Below are positions 54,690 through 63,780 of a stretch of 64,000 nucleotides of DNA, piece by piece. Position 1 is the stretch's first letter, and every line of letters begins with the position of its first letter. Location: the NCBI GenBank assembly GCA_030445745.1, contig JASUTE010000005.1, positions 68,501 through 132,500 on the forward strand. Reading direction: 5' to 3'. Both the position numbers and the translations under genes were made by a program. Origin of the DNA: Candidatus Cloacimonadota bacterium. Its GTDB lineage: Bacteria; Cloacimonadota; Cloacimonadia; Cloacimonadales; TCS61. The notes below the pieces were generated by a model. The model was not told the origin of the DNA, did not search any database, and saw only the letters and a program-made list of their open reading frames with translations.

Positions 54690-56288
54690 ATGAAGAAATT
54701 ACTTTTGTTAGGAGATGAAGCTTTTGCTCAAGGAGCACTGGATTCTGGAATTTCTGGTGCTTTTGGCTATCCGGGCACACCCTCTACCGAGATTGTAGAG
54801 TATGTGCAGAGTAACCAGGAAGCAATCGAACGAGATGTAAAACGAGCTTGGTCAGCAAATGAAAAAACATCTATGGAAGAGGCATTGGGAATGTCTTTTG
54901 CTGGCAAACGTGCCATCGTTACCATGAAACATGTGGGTTTGAATGTAGCGGCCGATCCATTCATGAATTCAGCTATGGTAGGAGCTAATGGAGGTTTAAT
55001 CGTAGCAGTAGCCGATGATCCTTCCATGCACTCTTCCCAGAATGAACAGGATTCGCGGGTTTATGGTAAATTCGCTATGGTGCCTATTATGGAACCTGCC
55101 AATCAGCAAGAAGCTTACGAAATGCCTTTCAAAGCTTTCGAAATTTCCGAAAAATATGAAATCCCAGTTCTATTTAGAATAACCACCAGACTGGCTCATT
55201 CCCGTTCGGGAGTTACACGTAGAAAAAAATTACCTGAGAAAAAAGGGTCGATGCCTGAATATATGTATCAGTTCATGCTTTTGCCAGCTATAGCTCGTAA
55301 AAAATACAAAAAATTGCTGGAATTGCAGAAAGATCTGGAAAAAGAATCTGAAAACTCACCCTTCAACAAATATACCGATGGTGAAGATAAAAGCTTGGGA
55401 ATAATAACTTGTGGATTGGGTTACAACTATCTTATGGAAAACTTCAAAGATCTGAAAAAAACACATCCAGTATTAAAAATAGGACAATATCCTCTTCCCA
55501 GAAAACAAGTAGAGAAAATTACTTCCGAATGTGAAGAAATATTGGTTATAGAAGAAGGAATGCCGGTTGTGGAAGAGATGCTAAAAGGTTATTTAGAAAA
55601 GAAACCAAAAATTAAAGGTCGTTTGGATGGCACTCTACCTCGAGATGGTGAATTGAATCCATCACTAGTAAGAAAAGCTCTGGGCTTAGCTTCCCCACAA
55701 GGTTATGAAATGCCTGAACTGGTAGCTAAACGTCCACCAGCACTTTGTGTAGGCTGTCCGCACCGTGATAGTTTCCAAGCATTGAACGAAGCAATGGAAA
55801 AATATGGTAAGGGACATGTATTTTCCGATATAGGATGTTATACTCTTGGGTTCCAACCTCCTTTCAATGCTATAAATTCCTGTGTTGATATGGGAGCTTC
55901 TGTTTCGATGGCTGTGGGAGCTGCTACTGCAGGATTTTTCCCCTCAATAGCTGTTATTGGCGATTCCACTTTTGGCCATTCTGGTATGACCGGCCTCTTG
56001 GATGCTGTAGATAAAAAAGCAAATGTAGTTATTATGATTTTAGATAACGATACAACCGCTATGACAGGTATGCAGGACTCCGTTGTAACCGGTAGAATAG
56101 AAAGTATTTGTGAGGGAATTGGTGTGAAAAAAGACCATATTAGAGTTATCAATCCACTGTCACGTCATCACGATGAAAACGTGAAGGTAATTAAAGAAGA
56201 GATAGCTTATGATGGGGTTTCTGTAATTATTCCACGTCGTCCCTGTATTCAAGTTTATGCTAAAAGAAAAAGAGATAAGGAGATTTAA
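54690..56288 (+). CDS. iorA: Indolepyruvate:ferredoxin oxidoreductase, alpha subunit (TPP-binding)
   Basis: 532 aa. 'LLGDEAFAQGALDSGISGAFGYPGTPSTEI', 'CVGCPHRDSF' and the TPP motif 'GDSTFGHSG...LDN'. Confidence 0.9.
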   Translation: MKKLLLLGDEAFAQGALDSGISGAFGYPGTPSTEIVEYVQSNQEAIERDVKRAWSANEKTSMEEALGMSFAGKRAIVTMKHVGLNVAADPFMNSAMVGANGGLIVAVADDPSMHSSQNEQDSRVYGKFAMVPIMEPANQQEAYEMPFKAFEISEKYEIPVLFRITTRLAHSRSGVTRRKKLPEKKGSMPEYMYQFMLLPAIARKKYKKLLELQKDLEKESENSPFNKYTDGEDKSLGIITCGLGYNYLMENFKDLKKTHPVLKIGQYPLPRKQVEKITSECEEILVIEEGMPVVEEMLKGYLEKKPKIKGRLDGTLPRDGELNPSLVRKALGLASPQGYEMPELVAKRPPALCVGCPHRDSFQALNEAMEKYGKGHVFSDIGCYTLGFQPPFNAINSCVDMGASVSMAVGAATAGFFPSIAVIGDSTFGHSGMTGLLDAVDKKANVVIMILDNDTTAMTGMQDSVVTGRIESICEGIGVKKDHIRVINPLSRHHDENVKVIKEEIAYDGVSVIIPRRPCIQVYAKRKRDKEI

Positions 56289-56290
56289 GC

Positions 56291-56872
56291 ATGAAAAAAG
56301 ATATAATTCTAGCTGGTGTAGGTGGTCAAGGAATCCTGTCTATTGCAACCATTATTGGTTATGCAGTTATCGAAAGCGGATATAATCTGAAACAGTCTGA
56401 AGTGCATGGAATGTCCCAGCGAGGCGGAGATGTGCAATCTCACCTGAGAATTTCCGATAATGAAATATATTCCGATCTTATTCCACTGGGAAACGCTGAT
56501 ATGATACTGGCAGTAGAGCCTATGGAAGCTCTGCGGTTTTTGCCATATCTGGCACCCGCTGGCTGGTTAATTACCAACACCAAAACTTTCGAAAACATCC
56601 CAGATTATCCCGAAAAAGACAAAATAATCACAGAAATAGAACAGTTGAAAAACAAAGTTGCTTTAGATGCCGATGGCATAGCCAAAGAATTAGGAACGAC
56701 TAAGGTGATGAATATGGTAATGTTAGGCGCTGCTTCTGAATTTCTGGAATTAGAATACAGCAAATTGGAAGAAGGAATAAAAAGCGTATTTGGCAGAAAA
56801 GGTGAGAAGATTGTGGAAACTAATCTGAAAGCCATGGCTGCTGGAAAAAAAATAGCTCAAGAAAAAAAATAA
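56291..56872 (+). CDS. iorB: Indolepyruvate:ferredoxin oxidoreductase, beta subunit
   Basis: 193 aa. 'ILAGVGGQGILSIATIIG' and 'SEVHGMSQRGGDVQSHLR'. Confidence 0.9.
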   Translation: MKKDIILAGVGGQGILSIATIIGYAVIESGYNLKQSEVHGMSQRGGDVQSHLRISDNEIYSDLIPLGNADMILAVEPMEALRFLPYLAPAGWLITNTKTFENIPDYPEKDKIITEIEQLKNKVALDADGIAKELGTTKVMNMVMLGAASEFLELEYSKLEEGIKSVFGRKGEKIVETNLKAMAAGKKIAQEKK

Positions 56873-56891
56873 ACGATTAATTTACCTAGAA

Positions 56892-56918
56892 AAGCCTGCT
56901 GCCCAGTGTAGCAGGCTT
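56892..56918. terminator. Hairpin between convergent iorB and the DUF1848 gene
   Basis: A 9-bp perfect stem, AAGCCTGCT (56892-56900) with AGCAGGCTT (56910-56918), is followed by ATTTTA on the plus strand. It just overlaps the 3' end of the minus-strand gene. Confidence 0.5.
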
Positions 56919-57723
56919 ATTTTATAGCATAGCAATATTCGCAGGCAAACCTACATGTGTTGTAAGTTCCTATATCACGGCTTTGGGCACATAAACAGTT
57001 CTTTCTTTGTCCTGTATCTTTGGCTTTACTGATTCTGCGGCCGCTTATATCTTCCACTAAATCACCATCAATGCAGCTTCCCTGTTTTATATTAGGAAGC
57101 CTATCGCAGCAGCTTTGAGCTTGGATGTGGTTTTCTGCGGCTAGCTGTTTTAAATGCTGCATAAAATCTGGTAAATCTTTCAATTCAAGCACATTTTTTA
57201 AAATTTTATAGTTTTTTAGTCGTTTACGGGTTTTAGCATATTCATCGTAGAGACTTATGATAACTTTATTGGTATAACCTTTCAGACTTTTTGCAATTTT
57301 TTGGAAGCTACGCAGGTGAAAATCCATATCGGTTTGCTGGCTTATTATTATCGGGTCATAGCGCCAAATTATGCGTCTGCTTCCTACTAAACTACTAATT
57401 TTTTGAAACATTTCTACTCTTTTTGGAAGCGGAGGTAGTTGGTTCTCGAAAGTTTTATCGTAGGCATTTAATGTGAATAAAAAATAGAATGGATAACCCA
57501 TTTTTTGTAGTTTTGGCAGGTGTGGCAACAACGAGATGGGATATTTTGTCCAAAACACAAAGCAATCTACAGCTGCTAGGCTTAGCTGAATGCGATTTAC
57601 CTGCTTAGGATTAAAAGGGTTGGCAACTTCGCAGTAGCCTGCTTTTATTTGTTGCATAAACCATTCGCCAAAAAATGCAGGGATATCGCTACGGCGGCTG
57701 GCACTAATGATTTGAGATTTCAT
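56917..57723 (-). CDS. DUF1848 domain-containing protein
   Basis: 268 aa. 'IISASRRSDIPAFFGEWF' and 'VFWTKYP' are the DUF1848 N-terminal signatures. The C-terminal end is Cys-rich (CLCAQSRDIGTYNTCRFACEYCY). Confidence 0.7.
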   Translation of the reverse strand: MKSQIISASRRSDIPAFFGEWFMQQIKAGYCEVANPFNPKQVNRIQLSLAAVDCFVFWTKYPISLLPHLPKLQKMGYPFYFLFTLNAYDKTFENQLPPLPKRVEMFQKISSLVGSRRIIWRYDPIIISQQTDMDFHLRSFQKIAKSLKGYTNKVIISLYDEYAKTRKRLKNYKILKNVLELKDLPDFMQHLKQLAAENHIQAQSCCDRLPNIKQGSCIDGDLVEDISGRRISKAKDTGQRKNCLCAQSRDIGTYNTCRFACEYCYAIK

Positions 57724-57752
57724 AAAAAAAGGGGAGAGCTGGAACTCTCCCC
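57724..57752 (-). terminator. Rho-independent terminator after the CoA-disulfide reductase gene, abutting the next ATG
   Basis: The minus strand reads GGGGAGAG-uuccag-CUCUCCCC followed by U7. The U-tract runs directly into the ATG (57723) of the DUF1848 gene. Confidence 0.7.
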
Positions 57753-57759
57753 AGGTGGA

Positions 57760-59460
57760 TTATTTTTCGCGCTGGTAAGGCCAACCCAAAATGCCGCCTT
57801 CCATCACTTTTACATTTGTATATCCGTTGCCCTTCAGGCAGCAGGCTGCTTCGTAACCGCGCAGTGATATTTTGCAGTAAACTACAATAAGTGTGTTCTT
57901 CGCTTGCGGTAGTTTGTCCAAATTATCTCGAATAGCACCCAGTGGAATTAGTGTTTCGCCAATTCCCAGGCGCATTTGTTCATATTCGTTTGTGGTGCGT
58001 ACATCTAAAATGTACATATCTTCATTGTTATCCAGTTTCTGTTTCACTTCTACCGAAGATATTCCGTCCATCCTTCCTAACCATTTGTTTTCCAAAACGT
58101 GGACGGCGGTAATAAAGTTTTCAATAGCTGGGGAGAAGGGGGGAGCATAGGGCAGATCCAGGTTCACCAGATCGGAAATATGCATTTTGGCATGTAAGGC
58201 CATAGCTGCTATTGCCAGCCGCTTGGAAACATCGCCTGTTCCTATAACCTGGACTCCCAATAAAGTTCCTGTACGTTTATCGGCAACCATCTTGATCCCG
58301 ATCGGTTTAGCATCCATAAAGCCTGGCTTATCGGGTGCAAAATGAATAGCAGAGATAATGTTAGCGTAACCTTCCTGACGAGCTCGTTGTTCACTAAATC
58401 CGCTGCTGCCTACCGTGTAATCGAAAACTTTGCAGATCCCAGTTAGCACAGCTCCTTCATAAGTCGCTTCGTTACCATTTATAACATTTTGGCCTACTAC
58501 GCGTCCCTGCAGGTTAGCTGCATCTCCCATAGGCCAATGCGTTTTAACACGATTATGGCTTACCAGATCATGAATTTCTACACAATCTCCTGCTGCGTAA
58601 ATATCAGGGTCGCTAGTTTGCATGAATTTATTTACCTCTATACCACCAGTAACGCCTATGCGTAATCCAGCATCTTTCGCTAAAGAAATATTAGGTTTAT
58701 TGCCAATAGAAACTACTGCCAGCTCACAGTCTAAGATTTCATCGTTAGATAGTTTTACACCTGTCAGTTTGCCATCTTTTCCGATAAATTCATCTACTGA
58801 ATGGCCAGTGTAGATATTAGCTCCGTGTTTTTTTACCTCTTTTTCTGTCAGTTTAGCCATTTCCCAATCCAAAAATGGTAGAATTTGGGGCAATTTTTCT
58901 ACTACGGTTACCTTAATTCCAGCCAACTGCAATGCTTCACATGTTTCTATTCCAATAAGTCCACCGCCAACTATTACAGCATTTTTTATCTTTTTTTCTA
59001 CAGCCACTTTTTTCAAATAGTCCGCATCTTCCATGCTTTGCAGAGTGCTTATACCTTCTAGCTCACTACCGGGCAAATTGGGAAAAATAGGCTTGGCACC
59101 GGTTGTAATTATCAGTTTATCATAATTATATTCAGCGTTATCACAAGTCTTCAAATTTTTTACTGTTACTTTCTTGTTTTTGCGGTCTATCTTAGTGACT
59201 TCTGTGTTTACCACAGCTTTAATGTCTTTTACTTTTGAGAAGAAATTGCTATCTCGCGGAGTACCTGTGGGAGAGCTGATGAGTTTGTTGCGTTCATCGA
59301 ATACACCGCCCACATAATAGGGATAACCGCAGGAAGCCATACTGAGATATTTACCTTTTTGAATGATGGTTATTTCAGCGTTACAGTCCATACGGCGGGC
59401 TTTGGAAGCTGCTTTGGGGCCAGCAGCTGAACCACCGATAACTACTATTTTCTTTGCCAT
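57760..59460 (-). CDS. CoA-disulfide reductase / NADH oxidase family flavoprotein with C-terminal rhodanese domain
   Basis: 566 aa. FAD motif 'VVIGGSAAGPKAA', redox Cys context 'YLSMASCGYPYY', second Rossmann 'VIVGGGLIGIE', and a C-terminal rhodanese with 'VVYCKISLRG'. Confidence 0.88.
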   Translation of the reverse strand: MAKKIVVIGGSAAGPKAASKARRMDCNAEITIIQKGKYLSMASCGYPYYVGGVFDERNKLISSPTGTPRDSNFFSKVKDIKAVVNTEVTKIDRKNKKVTVKNLKTCDNAEYNYDKLIITTGAKPIFPNLPGSELEGISTLQSMEDADYLKKVAVEKKIKNAVIVGGGLIGIETCEALQLAGIKVTVVEKLPQILPFLDWEMAKLTEKEVKKHGANIYTGHSVDEFIGKDGKLTGVKLSNDEILDCELAVVSIGNKPNISLAKDAGLRIGVTGGIEVNKFMQTSDPDIYAAGDCVEIHDLVSHNRVKTHWPMGDAANLQGRVVGQNVINGNEATYEGAVLTGICKVFDYTVGSSGFSEQRARQEGYANIISAIHFAPDKPGFMDAKPIGIKMVADKRTGTLLGVQVIGTGDVSKRLAIAAMALHAKMHISDLVNLDLPYAPPFSPAIENFITAVHVLENKWLGRMDGISSVEVKQKLDNNEDMYILDVRTTNEYEQMRLGIGETLIPLGAIRDNLDKLPQAKNTLIVVYCKISLRGYEAACCLKGNGYTNVKVMEGGILGWPYQREK

Positions 59461-59550
59461 TTTTCCCTCCTGTTTTTATTAAATTTAATTTTTCCCAAAA
59501 AATATCAAAATTTGCAGGTGTCAAGCAATAGATTTGAGCATATGTGTAAA

Positions 59551-61407
59551 TTAAACTTTTTCCTGTAGCTCCAGCCATCTGGTTTCAGCTTCTTCCAATT
59601 CTTTTTGTAACTGTTGCTGTTGTTGTGATATTTCAGAGAAATCGGAAGCTGAGAGTGTAGCTGCCTCAGTTTCTATTTTTATTTCCAAATTTTGCAATTG
59701 TTTTTCTAGTTCGGGAATCTGTTTTTCCAACTGCTCTAGTTCGCGTTTTTCATTGTAGCTAAGTTTTTGACTGCTGTGCATATTTTTCTGAATAACTTTT
59801 TTAGGTTCTTTGTCTTTTTCTTTCTTTTCTGCATCGCGATAACGTTTTACCAATAAATAATCTGAATAGTTACCAGGGAATTTTCGAATAGTTCTGCCTT
59901 CAAAAACGAAAAGGTGGTCAGTTACTCTATCCAAAAAATAACGATCATGGGAAACCACCAAAATGCAGCCACGAAAGGTATCCAGGTAATCTTCTAGAAT
60001 TTCCAGGGTTTTTATATCCAGGTCGTTGGTAGGTTCATCCAAAATTATAAAATTGCTACCAAACATAAGTGAGCTAAGCAGGAAAAGTCGTTTTTTTTCT
60101 CCACCAGAAAGGCTGGAGAGCTTATTTTGCTGCATTTTTTTATCGAACAAGAATTTTTGTAACATCTCGGAAGCAGAATGCAGAGTGCCATCTTTAGTTC
60201 TAATATGTTCAGCTTTTTCCTTCACAAATTCCAAAACAGATTGTTGCGGGTCAAAATTGTGCTTCTCCTGTTTGAAATAAGCAAATTTGGTATTTATTCC
60301 AACTTTTATGGAACCACTACTTGGCTCAATTTCACCTGTAATAATTTTCAAAAGCGTGGTTTTGCCACAACCATTTGGGCCCAATATTCCAATGCGCTCC
60401 TGTTTTTGGAAAATATGCGAAAAATCTTGGAAAAGTAGGTTGTTGTCGTACTTTTTGCTTACGTTTTTCAATTCCAAGATAGTTTTTCCCAGTCGTTTTT
60501 CGCGAAAATTTATATCCAGTTCCTTGTTTTCGGAAAGGTATGATTTATCCAGCAATTCTTTTACTCTGTCCAGGTGGTTTTTGGGTTTGGAAGTACGGGC
60601 TTTAGCGCCACGCTGTAGCCAGCGCAGTTCCTTTTGAAGTTGAGCTTTACGGCGAGTTTCTTTTCTTTGCAGATCTATCTGCTGCAGCTGTTTCTGTTTT
60701 ATGTAGTCGGAATAATTTCCCTGGTAGAAATGAAAAACTCCCTGGTCAATTTCCATTATTCTTTGAGAAACAGCATCCAAAAAATAGCGGTCATGGGTAA
60801 CAAAAATCGCACTGCCGTTGTAATTTATTAAAAAATTTTGGAACCACTCGATGGTTTCTATATCCAAGTGATTTGTCGGTTCGTCCAACAAAAGTAGATC
60901 GGGACTGTTTACCAACACCCGAGCTAAGTCTAAACGTCTTTTTTGACCACCAGAGAGAGTTGCGATTTTCCTATGCAAGTCGGAAAAACCTAATTTGGTT
61001 AGTATACTTTTAGCCTTAACCTCTGTTTGCCAGATACTTTCAGCTTTTTCCAATAATTTTTTATTTTCATGTAGTTTACCTGTTGCTTCCAAATAATGAT
61101 ATTCTCGTAAAATTTCAAATTCGGGGTCGTTACTGTAATAGATGTGCTGGTAGATGGAATGCTGTGGATTTATATCTGGCTGCTGAGGAAGATAGCCAAT
61201 TTTTAAATTGCTACGAAATACTATGCTACCAGAATCTGGGTATTCCAATCCAGCTAACATTTTCAGAAATGTAGATTTACCGCAGCCATTTATGCCAATT
61301 AAACCGATCTTGTCCTGACTGTTTATGCCAAAGGTGGAATTTTCACTTATCACCTTATCGGGGAAGGCTTTCTGTAAATTTTCTATAGAAACTATATTTT
61401 TACTCAA
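59551..61407 (-). CDS. ABC-F family ATPase (Uup/EttA-like, two ABC domains + C-terminal coiled coil)
   Basis: 618 aa with no TM domain. Two Walker A motifs ('GINGCGKST', 'GPNGCGKTT') and two LSGGQ/LSGGE signatures. TTG start with AGGAG 7 nt upstream. Confidence 0.92.
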   Translation of the reverse strand: MSKNIVSIENLQKAFPDKVISENSTFGINSQDKIGLIGINGCGKSTFLKMLAGLEYPDSGSIVFRSNLKIGYLPQQPDINPQHSIYQHIYYSNDPEFEILREYHYLEATGKLHENKKLLEKAESIWQTEVKAKSILTKLGFSDLHRKIATLSGGQKRRLDLARVLVNSPDLLLLDEPTNHLDIETIEWFQNFLINYNGSAIFVTHDRYFLDAVSQRIMEIDQGVFHFYQGNYSDYIKQKQLQQIDLQRKETRRKAQLQKELRWLQRGAKARTSKPKNHLDRVKELLDKSYLSENKELDINFREKRLGKTILELKNVSKKYDNNLLFQDFSHIFQKQERIGILGPNGCGKTTLLKIITGEIEPSSGSIKVGINTKFAYFKQEKHNFDPQQSVLEFVKEKAEHIRTKDGTLHSASEMLQKFLFDKKMQQNKLSSLSGGEKKRLFLLSSLMFGSNFIILDEPTNDLDIKTLEILEDYLDTFRGCILVVSHDRYFLDRVTDHLFVFEGRTIRKFPGNYSDYLLVKRYRDAEKKEKDKEPKKVIQKNMHSSQKLSYNEKRELEQLEKQIPELEKQLQNLEIKIETEAATLSASDFSEISQQQQQLQKELEEAETRWLELQEKV

Positions 61408-61530
61408 ATAACTGCTCCTGAAATTCTTTATGACGAAAATCTCTCATCTATTGTGCTTGTCAACTTGATAAATATGTTAGAAAGGATCTGTATAAGAAGC
61501 GATTATAAATAGAATTAACTTTTAATATGA

Positions 61531-61945
61531 GAGGTTATAGTAATTTTGGATGAAGATAGCTTTTTGTGACAGCTTGGTCTCCTGAAAAGATTTGTGAAAG
61601 TGGGCGGAGAAATGGTTTCACTGGTAAAAGTAGAAGAGGAATTGAACAAATTACTGCTAGATGATGTTGTTTTCTGTGCGGTGGGTGTACCTAATTTTAC
61701 CAAAGGAGCCGATATTGTGGCAGCTATTACACCGGTGAATAGAGCACAAAAAAATAATGGAAAAGCTGAAGAAAGTTTTACTTACAATAGCTGTACCACG
61801 CAAATTTCAAGTTATTGAAGATATTCCAAAGATGGGAAGTGGTAAAGTAAGTTTCCGTAAAGTTGAGAAGATCTGTAGAACCTGGCAAAAAATGGAAAAG
61901 CTCAAAAATTATAGGCGAACCCGATTCTTTTCCAACCTAAACTAA
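61531..61945 (+). pseudogene. 3' remnant of an AMP-dependent acyl-ACP/acyl-CoA synthetase (Aas-like), with in-frame stop and frameshift
   Basis: It reads ILDEDSFL-TGA(61567)-QLGLLKRFVKVGGEMVSLVKVEEEL...AVGVP. The frame then shifts in an A7 run (61748-61754) to EKLKKVLLTIAVPRKFQVIEDIPKMGSGKVSFRKVE. Only the C-terminal subdomain is present and no N-terminal adenylation domain lies upstream. Confidence 0.65.
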
Positions 61946-62657
61946 ATTTTATTTTTTGTTCTTTGCTATGTTGGCGGCAAATAAGGTAAGAAACTCCGCT
62001 GCCTACAACAGCACCTGTAACAACATCGCTGAGAAAATGATTGGCGGAAGCTACCCGTAACCCAGCACAAATAGAGGCAGTTCCAAATAAACCAGCAGCT
62101 AACAGAGGCTGAGCACCATTGAATTGATAACTATAGAAATAACTATAGGTTGCCAGGGCAAAAACCGTGGAAGTATGATGCGAGAAAAATGATTGAGAAG
62201 CATCTTCTGTTTGTTTCATTTTTAAAGTTGTATCATCATCATAAACATAAGGTCGCCAGCGCTGAGAAAGAGTTTTACTCCAAGAAGCTATTGCCGATTG
62301 TGTTAAAATTATTTCACTAAGTACAATTAGATTATCCCAAGTATATGGCTCATCGTAGCTATAGAACAAACTAGCTGCTAGATGACCAAAAACTATATAA
62401 TCGCTTAAATTATCTAACTTGTTATCGTATTTTCTTACTACCCAGCGATCGAAAAAGGGGATGGAACTTTTTTGCATGTCATCGATATCGGAAACTGAGA
62501 GTTGCTCATAGAACTCATCGTTAGCCAGCTCGGCAGATTGTTGCAAAGCGGCTGTACTAACCAAATAGATGGATGATGTTACCTTATCTACCTGAAAAAC
62601 CTGGGCAGCAAGAGAAAGACTGATTATTGCAATTAAAAGTGTTGTGATTTTTTTCAT
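61902..62657 (-). CDS. PAP2 family phosphatase (exported/membrane)
   Basis: 251 aa with a signal-like N-terminus. The PAP2 tripartite motif is 'SQRWRPY', 'SFFSHHTS' and 'RVASANHFLSDVVTG'. Confidence 0.85.
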   Translation of the reverse strand: MKKITTLLIAIISLSLAAQVFQVDKVTSSIYLVSTAALQQSAELANDEFYEQLSVSDIDDMQKSSIPFFDRWVVRKYDNKLDNLSDYIVFGHLAASLFYSYDEPYTWDNLIVLSEIILTQSAIASWSKTLSQRWRPYVYDDDTTLKMKQTEDASQSFFSHHTSTVFALATYSYFYSYQFNGAQPLLAAGLFGTASICAGLRVASANHFLSDVVTGAVVGSGVSYLICRQHSKEQKIKFSLGWKRIGFAYNF

Positions 62658-62665
62658 AATAATAA

Positions 62666-62696
62666 ATCAACCTGCAGCATAAAGCCACAGGTTGAT
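62666..62696 (-). terminator. Hairpin downstream of the ornithine carbamoyltransferase gene
   Basis: A 9-bp perfect stem, ATCAACCTG (62666-62674) with CAGGTTGAT (62688-62696), has a 13-nt loop. The U-rich tail on the minus strand is only weak (UUAUUAUU). Confidence 0.4.
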
Positions 62697-62701
62697 AAAT
62701 T

Positions 62702-63703
62702 CTATTTTCCTAAAGTTGCAACCATAACTGCTTTAATGGTGTGTAATCTATTTTCTGCTTCATCAAAAACTACCGATTGCGGTCCTTCAAATACTTCTTC
62801 GGTTACTTCCATTGAATCGAGTCCGAATTTTTCTTTGATCTGTTTACCAACTGTGGTATCGGCATTGTGGAAAGATGGTAGGCAGTGCATGAACAGGCAG
62901 TTTGGATTACCGGTTTTATTCATTAATTGTTGGTTTACCTGGTAAGGTTTTAGCAGCTGAATGCGCTGTTGCCATACTTCGTCTGCTTCACCCATGGAAA
63001 CCCAAACATCTGTATAAATAACATCAGCGTTTCTTACACCTGCCTCGATGTTGTCGGTGACTGTTATTTTAGCGCCTGTTTCTTTAGCGATTTGCTGGCA
63101 CTGTGCAATAAGTTTTGCATCTGGTTGAACTTCTTTGGGTGCCACGATCCTGAAATCCATTCCCATTTTAGCTCCACCAACCATAAGTGAATTGCCCATA
63201 TTGTTGCGGCCATCACCCACGTAAACAAAAGTCATCTGGTTGTAGGGTTTGTTCAGGTGTTCTTTTGCTGTTAAGAAATCGGCTAAGATCTGGGTAGGGT
63301 GAAATTCGGTAGTAAGACCGTTCCAAACAGGTACGCCAGCGTACTTGCCTAGTTCTTCTACTATTTCCTGGCCAAAGCCGCGATATTCGATGCCATCGTA
63401 CATTCTGCCCAGCACACGAGCAGTATCTTTCATGGTTTCTTTGTGTCCCATCTGGCTGCCAGAAGGCCCCAGGTAGGTTACATGTGCGCCCTGATCGAGT
63501 GCAGCAATCTCGAAAGCACAACGGGTACGAGTTGAACTTTTCTCGAAAATCAATGCTATGTTCTTACCAGCCAGCAATTGCTGTTCGGTGCCAGCGTATT
63601 TCGCTTTTTTCAAATCTTCTGCCAAATTTAGTAAAAATAGCATCTCTTTGGGTGTAAAATCCAATAATTTCAGAAAATTGCGATTTTTAAGATTAAAAGC
63701 CAT
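62702..63703 (-). CDS. argF: Ornithine carbamoyltransferase
   Basis: 333 aa. Carbamoyl-phosphate motif 'FEKSSTRTR', ornithine motifs 'DVWVSMG' and 'FMHCLP'. I cannot tell anabolic from catabolic use from sequence alone. Confidence 0.95.
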   Translation of the reverse strand: MAFNLKNRNFLKLLDFTPKEMLFLLNLAEDLKKAKYAGTEQQLLAGKNIALIFEKSSTRTRCAFEIAALDQGAHVTYLGPSGSQMGHKETMKDTARVLGRMYDGIEYRGFGQEIVEELGKYAGVPVWNGLTTEFHPTQILADFLTAKEHLNKPYNQMTFVYVGDGRNNMGNSLMVGGAKMGMDFRIVAPKEVQPDAKLIAQCQQIAKETGAKITVTDNIEAGVRNADVIYTDVWVSMGEADEVWQQRIQLLKPYQVNQQLMNKTGNPNCLFMHCLPSFHNADTTVGKQIKEKFGLDSMEVTEEVFEGPQSVVFDEAENRLHTIKAVMVATLGK

Positions 63704-63780
63704 AATATGCTCCTTATGTTTAATTTAGTTTTAAGTCACAAAATTAGCTTTTAATATTTAGGCAAGGAAAAAGTGGTGAA

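Noticed and set aside
54690-56288. Whether iorA is truncated, since it lacks a C-terminal 2x[4Fe-4S] ferredoxin domain.
   Set aside because: The ORF ends cleanly 2 nt before iorB with no frameshifted ferredoxin-like CxxCxxCxxxCP sequence downstream. Short IorA forms may simply be the normal bacterial architecture, and I cannot establish an anomaly from sequence alone.
59461-59550. TTGACA box upstream of the CoA-disulfide reductase gene as a promoter.
   Set aside because: The best -10-like element (TGATATTTT) is only about 14 nt from the TTGACA, which is outside the normal 16-18 nt spacing. I could not support a confident promoter call.
63213-63521. 102-aa alternative-frame ORF on the minus strand within the OTC gene, plus plus-strand ORFs at 62736-63190.
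   Set aside because: The OTC frame carries all the canonical motifs (STRTR, HCLP). The alternative frames are Arg/Cys-rich with no support.
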